Position numbers and translations under genes: made by a program. A DNA stretch of 64,000 nucleotides from Mytilus trossulus (lineage: Eukaryota): contig NC_086376.1 in assembly GCF_036588685.1 (NCBI RefSeq), positions 74,813,630-74,877,629 of the forward strand, given 5' to 3'. The notes below the pieces were generated by a model, which saw only the letters and a program-made list of their open reading frames with translations, had not been told where the DNA came from and ran no database searches. Positions 52,294-64,000 of this stretch are shown here, piece by piece (positions within the stretch are counted from its first letter, which is position 1; every line of letters starts with the position of its first letter).

Positions 52294-55200
52294 CTAAAAT
52301 TACAAAATAGAAATGTAAACAAATAGCAAGAATAAGAACTTCACAAAAGACCAAATTAACTTTTCCCCAAAGAACCTATAATTTAAATTATTTAAAAGAA
52401 TCAGTTTCAAGCCAATGACAGTACATTTAAAAACTATTGTCATGGTAATGAAAAATATATCATGAAAAAATGAAAGTCATTAAACTAAAATCAGTAAATG
52501 TATTGTTTATAATTGGTTGATAGATGTGGTTTTACATAACCATTGAGTTGAGAGACAAAATGGATGGGTGAAGGTAAAAACATTAAATCACTATTACAAT
52601 GTCTTCCATCCTGTTGGGACAAGGATTGCATTCATTGCATAATTTTTTTTAAATATCAACAGTGACCATAGTGTTATCTAAAAATAATTTAATTTTGGAT
52701 GTAACGCGTCTTCTGATTGGTTGACATTGTTTTGTTATGAGCCCAGAGACATAATTTAGTCATGTGACCGTGACGTCATCATTGTTTTTTCATGGTTTTC
52801 TACGATTTGAAATAAAATTTAGAATTAAATTATAAGAAATGACTGTAATATTTTTTCTGTCTATTCGATATATAACATAACAAATGTGGTGCACACTGTT
52901 AAATAACCCCCTACGCCCATTATTCAGTGTGCACCAATTTTTTTATGTTATTCCTTCATAGACAGAAAAATTATTTCAGTCATTCCTTAAATATAAAAAA
53001 AAATATTATGGATACTTACCGTTTTATAAAATGCTTTGGACTGCATACTTAGTCCATCAGATTTTTCTATAAGATTGTCCAATTTTTCATGTCTATCTAA
53101 AACTGCTTCTATTGTGTTATGCTGGGAAAAAACCAATTAAAAATTTAATTATATATGTAGTCAATCAATTTTTGACAGAATGGTAAGCTTAGTTATATAT
53201 TTTGCCAATCAAATTCTAAATACTTTGAGTATAACATAAAATCAACATTATCAATGATCCATGTAAATGAGGAAAAGATCACATGTGAACCCTTTCATAC
53301 ATTCCTGTTTACCTTACTACATTCCATACACCAAATATAGTGAACCTATTACTGTTGATTCATTATTATTCATTGGATACCAATTTTCGTGGGGTTCGTG
53401 GGAACAGGTGAACCACGAAATTAAATGTTCAATGAAGACCGAATTTTCTATAGGATTGTATGCAGATTTTGGCAAAACCACGAAATTAAATATCCACGAA
53501 CATGTAAATGTTTCTCAATCCACGAAAATTGGTACCCACGAAAATAAATGAATCCACAGTAATTAGAATATCTGAGAACGAGAAAACTAAGCTTTAACCA
53601 ATTAATAATCAAATGATGTAAGGTCAGTTTAACTCTCCCAGATAGCCTTGTACACCTTACAATCATTTCATGCACCAAATATAGTTGAACTATTGATATT
53701 TGTTTTTGAGAAAAAAACTTAAACACAAAAATTTAACATTGTCAAACAAACCATGAAATTAAGGTCAAGGTCAGATAGACCAACTCTACAATACATACCA
53801 GTATAATCTTTGTCTCATCTAGTTCTGACTGTATTTTAGTCATGGCATCAGCAGATTTAGGGTCTTGGTACTTTGATAAATATTCATCTAACTCTTTAAA
53901 TGGTATATCTCTGTTGAAATAGAAAAGAATACAAATGAACACGAATCTACAATAATACACTATTAAATAAATCAAACAAAATGGAAATTTTAAGAAATGA
54001 CAATCACCTCAATTGCAACATTATATTGTCTCTATTTCTATTGTTAAAAGTTTTGTGCATGTAGAAAATGTGTTTGTGCAAAGAGAAAGGTTTCTTGATA
54101 TAATTTCATTTGTTACTTTGACAATACATCATTTAGATCCCATTATGGTTTTTACTATTAATGTATGATACTGTGATCATATAAAATATCATTAAAAATC
54201 CAAATATGATATAATTTCTATAAAGCATTATTCAACTACACATGAACTTTTTCCATAATTAGTGTTTTCAGGTACATTTTATTTGTAATTTACTTTACCC
54301 TTGAAAACTGAAGTTTTAAAATTCAATGTTTTCAAATTACTTTATTCATGTAGTTCACATTTTAAACTGAACTGTATCTCATTGACTACGTTTAGTTTTT
54401 TTTCAACTTTTTTGGTGAGCATATTAATTAGTAAGTATATTGAAAAGTTGTTAAGAAGTAAATTCAGAAATGTTTTCGCTGTTCTTTTTTGTTATGAAAA
54501 TTTTGACAGGATAGGTTTCGCTTTTAATCAAAAGTTGTAGTCTAGGTTTTGATTGCACAACTTGAATGGCATTAATAAATGCATAAAAAACAAGAATGTG
54601 TCCCTAGAACACAGATGCCCCATCCACTATCATTTGCTATGTTCAGTGGACAATGAAAGTAGGGTAAAAACTCTAATTTGGCATTAAAATTAGAAAGATC
54701 ATGTCAAAGGGAACATGTGTTCTAAGTTTGAAGTTGATTGGACTTCAACTTCATCAAAAACTTTCTCGACCAAAAGCTTTCACCTGAAGCGGAACAGACA
54801 GACAAACAAACAGACGCACAGACTAGAAAACAAAATGCCCATAAATTGGGCATAAAAATTCTGAATTGATAGCAGTACTTGAAACACCTTCTGATTCTAC
54901 ATGTATGCATGTTAACATTTCATCAAAAGAGGAGTGTATTAGTTAGACCATTACATACCCAGGATTACTAATAGACCACTGTGCCTTTGGTCCTTTACTT
55001 GTAAAATCATCTAAAACCTGAAACAAATACCAAAATATAAACAATGAATAAAAGAATTCATTTAATTACAGTAAAATATAAAACTATAAGATTTAATAAG
55101 ATACATGTATTATATTAAAATTGAGAAAAAAATCACAAGAATTTTTCATTAAAATTGAAATATTGAACATGACTAGTTCCTATACATTAATGGCAAAACA

Positions 55201-58200
55201 GTACAATGTAAAGTGAACTTAGAAATAGATATAAATTCAGATGTCAGACGTAGAGTACTGAATTATTTAACGTTTTTCTACACCCAGGAATAGATTGATT
55301 TAGCCGTCTTTGTCACAACGTTTTGGGAATTATATATCTTAAATGAACTTCAACATTGTACTTGACTTGGTCTTCAAACTGTTTTGATTCAAGCACCACT
55401 GATGGGTTGGAATCCTGCTAACATGTTTAACCCACCACATTCTGTATGTATGTGCCTGACCATGTCAGATCAGGAAAACTGTAGTTCAGTGGTAACGGTT
55501 GTCATTTGTTGATGTGTCTCATATGACATATTTGTTTTTTGTGAATCTTTTGTACAAAATTAGGCCGTTAGTTTTCTTGTTAGAATTGTTTTACATTGTC
55601 ATTTCAGGGCCTTTTATAGCTGACTATGCGGTATGGGCTTTGCTCATTGTTGAACGGTGACCTATAGTTATTAATTTCTGTGTCATTTTGTCTCATTGGC
55701 TATCATACCACATCTCCTTTTTTTATATTATGTAGACTAAACCTGTGTCTGATGTACCAAATAATAACCCCTGTAACTTTAATGAATTTTTAACTTTCCT
55801 TTAACAAAATTGGAATCAAATGGTGATGTGCATTGACAGAATATTTGGAATTATAAGTCCCCAATTATTTCACACAACGCTCAAGCTAATTTAGAACTAG
55901 AAATATTGGCATAAATAATTGTCCATTGATAAAAATGTTGTTTGTTATTTTGTTTTTTTAGGTTGCATTGATGTTTCATTGACATTTACCCCATGATACA
56001 TTAAACAGAATGTTTTACTATCCTTATAAAAAAGTTTTGTCAAACAATTGGGGATTTCTGTAACTTTTCGAATATTTGCCATGGTTCTTTGTTTCAACAT
56101 ATCTAATCTTGATGACAGAAAAAAATGTCTGTTATAAAATAGTTAAAGTCATAAGAAACCTCAAATTTAAAAAAAAATATGCATATGTTTTTTATAACTA
56201 AATGGATAGTTTTCATTATACAACTTATGTACATATACTTTTTTCTGAGGAAAATTCTTTAATTGTCCACATTTAGAAGAAGTTCACTTATTTTTAATTG
56301 CTTGCTTCCAGGAAGCAATTCGCCGACATATTTTCCGTATGCATAGTGACCCGAGCGTACCCCTCCTCGTAAAAATCCAGTGACCTCAATACGCATGGAT
56401 CTGTCATTGAAAAAAAACAAAAATCTGAATATACATGTTAAACACGTGCTAAATACCCATGCTTTTTGTGATTTGTTTACTATAATGTGACAATCCGTAA
56501 AACTCTGCTTCAAAACACGGCATTTAATGAGCAGCCATATTTGTTAAATCATAACAAAGAGAGAGAAAAAAAATTTAAGATTATATGATATATTTGCGAA
56601 AATAATGATAAAATCGTGCACAGAGGACTAAGTTAATGATGTATACATGCATTGGTTCAAGAATTGGACAAACATTATTTTTCACCACTCACTCGTTTCA
56701 TATGACTTTTATTCAAAGTGTAATGAATGATTCCACTACTGAAATACTTAAACACACATTTACCTTATTCAATAAAGTATGAGCTACCCTGTTTGGATAT
56801 TCATGGTCACCTATAACAACACCAGCCAGTGAATCAGATCTAACATACACATGACAGATGTATTCTGAAAAGAAAAAACAATATTCAATGTCAGATGAAA
56901 ATCAAAATGTGTAGTTGGTTTTTCTTATCATAAATATTTCCAACCACAAAAACAAATTGTCACTTGATTATTTGGACTCTGCTATAGCTTTCATTTCTCA
57001 TTTTCATTAAGGTACCAGCTGATGGGAGTGATAGCCAAACAAAAGCAAGGTATCATAATGTGGTTTCAGGTTTTTAGGTGAGTGGCAAGAATGGATGGAT
57101 CAGACCATCACAGGATGGGCTTAAATTATTTCAATTTTAATTTCTTTTAAAAACAATGTTAATAGTTTTGCAATTACTTCAAAACTACAATGTGTCACTT
57201 CTGGATTCGGTTTTAATGTTCCTGACCATATGAGTATTTGGACCAAACAGGTATGGTCGGGGTAATTAACACGTTTACTTTAAATATTTTTAAACTCTTC
57301 ATGATGTATGACCCTTCTAATTGTAACGTCATTAAAATGTCATTTTATTATATTTCAATAATAACAAAAAGTATCTTAATAAAAATAAGCAGTTTCACAG
57401 AACTAACTGTACAAACTATCACTGTACATTTTTAAGTACAATAAGAAGATGTCAAAATCAAATGCACATATTGTAAAAGTAAATTTTGTTACTTTACATA
57501 TACTGATGGTTGACAGGGCATCTGGTGATTTACCACTTTTATGTATTGTGTAAAGTAGATGCAATCACCAGCAAAGACCATAGTTTATTTATTTTGTTCT
57601 GTGAATATGGTGTACTGCAGTTATGCTACAAAATTGTAGATCTAGACGGCTTCTAAAACACACTATAGACAAATTGGAATGGCCCGAGACCTTGATATTA
57701 CTGCATGCAGTTGCAAACAATAGGTGTTACTGAAAAGGTTTGTGCACAATCAAGACGTGCAAATGCAGAAAAGCTATGGTACCATGTGGAAGTAAATGTT
57801 ATCCTTAGCATACATGAAAGAGTACAATTAGCGATGAAATCTATGACAAACTGACTGTGGCTTCTATATTTTCAACGTTTATGTAGCCTTTGAATTACAA
57901 AATTAATACATTTTCGTTTAACCATCATTGTTTTTTAAGATAAAGTTTATTGTATTATTGAAATGTTTCTGATGCATGTTTGAAAAAATCACCAGCCAAA
58001 TATAAGCAAGTTGATGAAGAAGTTCATGGTATATCTACATTCTACATGTATATATACAAATGTATGTTGTGTTTAATGTTAATATTCATAGGTGGATCCA
58101 GGGGGGGGCCCCCCTTTTGTTGGAAAAATTTGGTTGATTATACATGTATAGGGAATCATCGGCATGACTGGAGCGGTCCCCCCCCCCTTAGGTCAGTCTT

Positions 58201-59049
58201 TTGGAAAAGTTTGGGATCGGCCACTGATATTTTTAATATGTTTAAGGATATCTGTAATGTTTTTAATGTCTAGAATCTTGAGTTTACCTTGTTCTTTAGT
58301 AGATGACCTTGAACAAATTGCTGTTCTTTCTACGATAATTTTACTGGTGAAATCCATAAACTCTTTGACACTAAAAAAAAAAGACAACCTAAATAATTGT
58401 AACTACAATGACATGTACATGTAACAATATAACACATTTAATAATCTTAGAAATGGCAGCTAGAATTGTACAAAATAAACATGACAAATTAAAAGTCATG
58501 GCATCAGCTGTAATTTAAAATACATGAACCATATGGTTATATAATACTCATTTAGCTGTTAACTTCTTTTCTACCAAAAAAAAAAATAGACAAAAGTGTG
58601 CAGTTATTAAAAAAATTAGATACTTCTAAAACTTTAAAAAAAAAAAAGAAAAGTATAAAGCCATTTTATTAAGATATCTTAATGTTTTCTTGTCCTACTT
58701 AACTTTTACTTGGGGAGAAGAAAAAAACCTGGTGGTTTCAAAGTTCCATTGGTGTTTACTGGTAGAACAACATTTTAGAGGAAAGTACAATAATTGTATT
58801 AATGAATTTCATTCAAATTTCAAGTAACTAAATTTTGTTCAATTCTTGAAGAACATAAATGTCCAGATTATCCTTGACCTACTATATTAAAATGAACTTA
58901 CTGATACAATGCATATGTATCTACAACTAGTATTTTACTTACCTTGACCTTTGAAAATATCCAAAAGATTGAAGGTCATGTGTAGCAGCAAGAAGCCTAA
59001 CTTTCCCATTGGAATCTTTGAATAGCACTTCTATACAATAAAGCTTCAT
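52258..59049 (-). CDS. YKT6: Synaptobrevin homolog YKT6 (longin R-SNARE), 199 aa; complement join(58943..59049,58288..58370,56764..56864,54959..55017,53799..53910,53020..53121,52258..52293)
   Basis: Spliced protein [199 protein letters not shown]. 600 nt, all GT-AG, phases consistent. Confidence 0.97.
52675..52990. mobile_element. Long-hairpin non-autonomous element (Crypton-like) in YKT6 intron 6
   Basis: ctgattgg at 52713; palindrome 52832-52990 with CTACGC loop, ending TTAA. Confidence 0.6.
53020..53121 (-). CDS. YKT6: YKT6 coding exon 6 (SNARE core)
   Basis: [34 protein letters not shown]; ttttcccag| acceptor and |gtaagt donor. Confidence 0.95.
53255..53790 (-). mobile_element. HINE/satellite-like tandem units interrupted by a MITE (YKT6 intron 5)
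   Basis: Two copies of 'cattccatacaccaaatatagt-ga-ctatt' plus aaggtcaaggtca flank the 53350-53561 MITE. Confidence 0.5.
53350..53561. mobile_element. Palindromic MITE (same family as 4105-4316, opposite orientation)
   Basis: tactgttgattcatt...aatgaatccacagta TIRs; same 212-bp length. Confidence 0.8.
53799..53910 (-). CDS. YKT6: YKT6 coding exon 5
   Basis: [37 protein letters not shown]; 112 nt. Confidence 0.95.
54589..54858 (-). mobile_element. HINE family A copy in YKT6 intron 4
   Basis: aacaagaatgtgtcc...(GACA)n...atgcccataaattgggcataaaaa. Confidence 0.8.
54959..55017 (-). CDS. YKT6: YKT6 coding exon 4
   Basis: [20 protein letters not shown]; tttcag| acceptor and GG|gtatgt donor; 59 nt. 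Confidence 0.9.
55404..55726 (-). repeat. Repeat family C copy inserted into a hammerhead-bearing repeat (YKT6 intron 3)
   Basis: Reverse homolog of 20813-21145; splits cactgatg|...|ttatgtagac. Confidence 0.7.
56147..56707. mobile_element. TTAA-flanked non-autonomous DNA transposon (Kolobok-like) in YKT6 intron 3
   Basis: TTAA|agtcataagaaac ... gtttcatatgact|TTTA; purine-purine termini; CpG-richer interior. Confidence 0.7.
56764..56864 (-). CDS. YKT6: YKT6 coding exon 3
   Basis: [33 protein letters not shown]; 101 nt; canonical splice sites. Confidence 0.95.
58087..58226. mobile_element. GC-rich MITE with 5-bp TSD (ATATT), hAT5-like, in YKT6 intron 2
   Basis: cataggtggatcc...ggatcggccactg; ATATT on both sides. 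Internal sequence is homologous to 63016-63159. Confidence 0.7.
58288..58370 (-). CDS. YKT6: YKT6 coding exon 2
   Basis: [15 protein letters not shown]...KEQ; ttttag| acceptor and G|gtaaac donor; 83 nt. Confidence 0.95.
58943..59049 (-). CDS. YKT6: YKT6 coding exon 1
   Basis: ATG at 59049, MKLY...FQRS, donor AG|gtaagt. An upstream tttttttcag acceptor implies a non-coding first exon. Confidence 0.95.
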
Positions 59050-59213
59050 TGTTCCTGATTTTTTTTCTGAAAAAAATGTCAAAGATCAGCATTAAAATAT
59101 GTTTGTAGGGAAATAAACACAGTGCATAGATTTGTTACTGTATATTATGTAGTTACTTAATAAAATGATATCTTGTCTTCATATTCATTTTTTATTTGTA
59201 CAAATGTAATTGT

Positions 59214-59747
59214 AAACAGGTGTTCCGCAGGGCGCAGCTTTATACAACTGCAGAGGTCAAACCCTGAACAGTTCGGGCAAGTATGGACACAACATTCAAG
59301 CTTGCTACAGTTCTGAATTTGGATTGTGATCAAATTCTTGACATAAAACAAATGTCAAGATCCTTCAAATGTATTATGCACTATTGTGCAACTAAAGATT
59401 TCTTCTTCAAACTTTTAAAAAATTTGGAATTTGAGAAACTTGGGACAAAATATTGAATAAAAAGAATGGGGAATGTGTCAAAAAAAACCAACCTGACCAT
59501 AGAAAAACAACAGCAGAAGGTCACCAACAGGTCTTCAATGTACAATGTAGCGAGAAATTCCCGCACCTGGAGGCGTCCTTCAGCTGGCCCCTAAACAAAT
59601 ATATACTAGTTCAGTGATAATGAACGCCATACTAATTTATCCATTCACTAAATCTAAAGTTATTGTCCGGAAACTAAATGCGGCTTAGGACAAAGAAAAC
59701 ATGATACCATTATACGATGCAAAAAAAAAATTCTGGTCGTATAAAAA
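59214..59747 (-). mobile_element. HINE family B copy, internally deleted, with a nested repeat at ~59455-59635
   Basis: Both termini match the 39151-40090 element in reverse. The insert (gaatggggaatgtgtcaaa...ggtcttcaa...cagctggcccctaaacaaa) is homologous to 46775-46930. Confidence 0.65.
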
Positions 59748-60270
59748 GGGTGAATATGTGGTTTGCAAACCTGAAGGATGCAAATGTTTCTTTGGAGCAA
59801 ACAGACCCGATACCAAGTCATACTGCCATTTACTTGAGACTTTAATTGGAAAGAATTTTATCACCTGTAACATGTGTAATGTTCATTAGTTTAGAACAAC
59901 TGTACTTTCGTTTTCAACTAATTTAGATAACTAACACTTACTATATCTACACTGTTGTAATTAATTCAAATGAAAATTTGAATTTTTCAGGTTTTTCAGG
60001 TCCAAATGAAATATGTTGAACAAAATATTTTCCAATATTTTGTGATGAAAATTATGTTTCCGTAAAGAGAAATCGAAATCTCCCCTTCAAAAATGCTTTT
60101 AAGATGTGACAAAAACAAATCAAAATAGTAAAAGGGTCATTATGTTTTGAGAAATTACTATAAATGTCACATGAATCACGGGCACTGATATTTGGCAATT
60201 TTGACAACACAGGAAATGACGTTAAACTGAGTTATCTTCTCTTGATAAAATTATAAAACACAAAACTTAC

Positions 60271-60340
60271 CGGACGCGTGAATCCGTATTACATATACGG
60301 AAAATGCTCAAAACGATAATTGACGTTATTTCTTGGTTTT
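60271..60340 (-). promoter_or_regulatory. Candidate YKT6 non-coding first exon / promoter
   Basis: Minus-strand donor CCG|GTAAGT at 60270, locally CpG-richer, with TGACGT motifs nearby. It would splice to the acceptor just upstream of the ATG. The upstream boundary is a guess. Confidence 0.4.
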
Positions 60341-61934
60341 CTTTATATTATATTTACAATCATCATCTATGTATGAAATGTAATCAAACGAAATCATTTC
60401 CAAACAAAATACTTATCTTTTGAATATATTTTTGGCTGAAAAAATAATACAACTGTCTTATCATTTAGTCCCAGATTATGATATTTGATCAGAAATCTTG
60501 TGATTTTCTTGAAATTATGTATACAATATTACGACTTTTTATAACTATCATCTTTTGAAGCAACTCAAAAGGGTCTGGGTGTAGGACTTCCAATTCTGTA
60601 TTATTATTTATTTTTTTATTATTTTTTTTTTTTTTTTTTTATTAGATCATTCGTACTATATACTAGTATTGGTAAACCCCCGTCAAGACCCTTACCAAAC
60701 ACCAAACTTTATTTGATATGAGATCTAGCGGAATACTTTCTATACCACTACAGTTTATGGTGAATACTGAGCATATACTGTATATTATGTTATTACATTC
60801 ACTTATAGGATGAACGGATAATGGCATATAAACCGGAGGGAAAATATGATACAAGTCCAAACCGGAAAGAATATAAACGAGTCTAAATTGAAAACTACGT
60901 TAAAACCTATGATTGCGTTGGATAAAAACCGCAATTTATATACGTGTGCATTTTAAACAAATTTCGCTGTAGAAGGGTCTAAATACAGCAGCACAAACAC
61001 CATTTTCCAAAAGACCAAAAGAGAGTATATTTAAACAAAACACATTTGACTTACAGGTCGAACAACTGATGTTCATAAACCCTGCTGACTGTCATTGGCG
61101 ATTGCCGAATAAAATTGATCACGATAAATCTTGTAGTGTGGGGGGGGACACACGTTTGGACCCCTAATTTGATGGTCGATCAATTAATGTGAATGGGGAC
61201 ATGTAGTTTGACCCCCCTAATTTTAAATGACTTGATCCGGCCCCGGTGATGGCAAGTCAATTTATTTTGCAGATCAAAAATAACTTTTGTCCATTTGGAT
61301 ATAAAATAGGGCCTCTAAAGAGCAATTGTAGTTGTATGTGTCGCTCATAGTCAATGTTTCTATTAACCAATCATGTTCTTTCAAACATTGCATGTGGACA
61401 AGACTAGAATTCCTGACAAAAAAAATGCTGATCATGTGAGGCTGATTACTTTGTCTGTTTGATTACTCTCTATCTTCTTTAGGATTTTTTTGCTCAAAAC
61501 ATAAAAAGGGGTACCAAAATACTTACTTAAGTGCAATCACAAATATGAAGAGCCCTATTAACTATATTTATAAATTTTTACTTGTTTGTGGATCTTACAT
61601 TGCTTGTTGTTTTTGTTGTTCAACGTTTCTATTTATCTTCTATAATTTTATCATAAAATGCAAAACGCTTAAAAAAATGAATGGTAATTTAAAAATGGTC
61701 ATAACTACAATAATGAGTAAGATTATTTCCCCCACTTGTCTAAAATGTAGATCTTTCCTTGTTAGTCACTATTTTTTAAAAAGTTTCTATCTATCTTTTA
61801 CAGTTTTTAAGATATAAGGTAATGACGTAAAAAAAAATGGAAAAAATTATCACAACAAACAAATGGAAGTTTTTAACGACCTTGACTGGCTATACAGCCC
61901 TTGCACGGTCGGTAAAAATTATCACCAATAGGCA

Positions 61935-62352
61935 ATAACTCTTATTATCGGTCGTCCCACTGTCTATATCACTCTGTTCAGCTCTTAATATTATTCCGTA
62001 TCATGTCTTTGTGACGTCAAATACGTTGACCCGGCCTTTATAACTTTGACCCGGACATATCAGCGACGTCATAATGTTTGAACCGACGTTAATAACTTTG
62101 ACCCGAACTTATCAAGTCATCTTTTGTGTGCTGGTGAAACAAAGAAAAGACATCTGAAACACGCAAATATAGCCCGATAAATCGATTATCAGATTATCTG
62201 CATATTATATTGTAAAATATCAGCTGCTTGAAATTATATGAAGGCTTTTTGATCTCGTTCGCTACGCTCACTCGACAAAAAGCTTCATATTATGTCTCGC
62301 AGCTGATATTTTACGATATCAACATGCAGATAACCTGATAATCGGTACTAAG
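61935..62352. mobile_element. Long-hairpin element (palindrome 62183-62344, loop TTCGCTACGCTC)
   Basis: cgattatcagattatctgcat...atgcagataacctgataatcg arms. The left boundary is approximate. Confidence 0.5.
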
Positions 62353-63015
62353 AAGTCGACTGACGACTTCGACTTCTTCGAAAATACGCTCTTATTTTTA
62401 GATCTTGATTGCTACCTGTTTGCACCTTAACGTTTCTCTCTCTCTGTAATAGTTTTCAAGATATAAAGCTAAATGATAAACTGAATTGGTAAAATTTCTG
62501 TTTAAGAGCAATACATCCTATTTGAAGTCGCATGACAGTTTTGACGACAATGAACAATTAGTAGAGCTCAATATTATGAACATTTTGCCCTTGTCAGATT
62601 TAACATGTAAAAGTAACATGTTTTATGTGACATACACAAATCCATATCTACCTGTACCAAAACAACACTACAAGGTGTACGTAGAAAGGCAACATCAAAC
62701 AAAGAATTCGCTAAGAGTGGACAAGCTGGAAACATAGAAACATTTTTGGCAATATTTCATTTTGAAGTGTAAGCATCCAATGGTATGATTGCATGGTCTT
62801 GCTTGTACAAGAAAGGGAAATTATTAAAAATAGTTTCGTATGTCAAAAACGTATGGAGTGCTTTGCAGTAACATAAATTGTCGTAAGTTTTATTTCGTTT
62901 TTTGTGGAGTTAATTGAAACGTCGACTTCGACTGTCAGACGAAAAAACAAAACAACTCAAAACTATAATAAAGTTTGTAATTACAATTGTGCAATACAAA
63001 CAAACGTGATGGGAG

Positions 63016-63159
63016 CACTGCCGGCAGGGGGCCCAGGCCCCCTCTTTTTGGGAAAAAATTGGTTGCTATATAGGGAATCACTGAAGCGTGATTAGAGTGG
63101 GCCCCCTCTTAGGTCAGTCAGTGGGCCCCCACTTTTGAAAATTCCTGGATCCGCCACTG
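63016..63159. mobile_element. GC-rich MITE, same family as 58087-58226
   Basis: Shared atagggaatca...cccccttaggtcagtc core; ends cctggatccgccactg. Confidence 0.65.
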
Positions 63160-63934
63160 ACACAATCTTATCAACCGCAGAAGTTTTCTTATTAGAATAA
63201 AGATTCTTTGAAAAATTAAAGCCAATGAAAAGGGTACCTATTCTTGATATACTTAGTTACTAGATTTTGATAGCTATAAATATCTGATGGAAAACAGTCA
63301 ATATAAATTTAAGTTCTTGGACAAAATTTGTTTAAGGATTTCCACAATGATCCATTCTAGGCGCATGCAGTATTGTTTAACCTATTTCGTAATTATTTTC
63401 TTAATTTTGTAAAGGAAAGTGCTCTCTTTAACTATCCGGGTGATTGACATTCTCAGGACCAGACTTACTTTAGAGTAGGAAATTTTGAACGGTTAAATTG
63501 GTTTTGGAATTAACAGTTAAAAGCAAATTCAGAAGAATCTCACGTTTTTGCCTGTAAAAACACAGATAATCAGAACTTATAAGATTTAATTTGTTTGAGA
63601 ATGACGCTAGTGTTAAAATGAAGCCAAACTTCTGTGTGTGGCAATGTTTTATTATCTTATACTTGATACTCATATTTCTGTTATATACCAGAAAGCATCA
63701 AAGCAACAGAGTGAATCGAAAGTAAACGTATTGGTAAACAATTATCATCATTTGAAGCTGATTTAATTATCTGTTAATCATCTAGTACTTCGAACTGATA
63801 CGATAGTTTAAAGCATTTTTGGGGGGAATGATACTTAAAATATGAGAAAAATACAGGAACTTTATCTCTGATGAATAGAAAAGTACTCTTGAAAATTTAC
63901 TTATATAACCAGGTTTACCATTATTAAGAATTAA

Positions 63935-64000
63935 AACTATAGAGGCTCTAAAGAGCCTGTGTCGCTCACCTTGGCTTATGAGAATATTAAACAAAGTAAG
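63935..64000 (-). mobile_element. HINE-type terminus (continues beyond the window); related fragment at ~61305-61440
   Basis: agaggctctaaagagcctgtgtcgctcacc terminal hairpin (aggctc-taaa-gagcct). Confidence 0.5.

Noticed and set aside
60663-61130. Possible Helitron with a 3' CTAG on the minus strand
   Set aside because: Probably a repeat, but the subterminal hairpin is only 5 bp, there is no second copy, and no 5' TC boundary could be fixed.

Overview
Very AT-rich, repeat-dense eukaryotic (animal) genomic DNA. The repeat repertoire looks like a bivalve, most likely Mytilus (inference from recognised repeat types, not a search). Two spliced, convergently transcribed genes can be fully reconstructed with GT-AG introns and consistent phases. 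(1) A FAM53-family gene on + (5 coding exons, 29401-42026, 420 aa, His8 tract, C-terminus DLDLEQIENH). (2) YKT6 on - (7 coding exons, 59049-52258, 199 aa, C-terminus CCVIL). The first ~29 kb has no credible coding sequence and is probably a large 5' intron or regulatory region of FAM53. Non-coding DNA is filled with non-autonomous elements: Helentron-associated HINE/DINE-1-like elements, TA-, TTAA- and 5-bp-TSD MITEs, long-hairpin (Crypton-like) elements, a tRNA-derived SINE, and Penelope-type fragments with decayed minimal hammerhead ribozymes. I found no clear novel multi-gene system. The best leads are a strict HINE orientation switch at the convergence point of the two genes, a dense uORF cluster before the FAM53 start, unusual YKT6 residues (R-His after the SNARE zero layer; CaaL), hammerhead relics, and a young near-perfect 76-nt hairpin.
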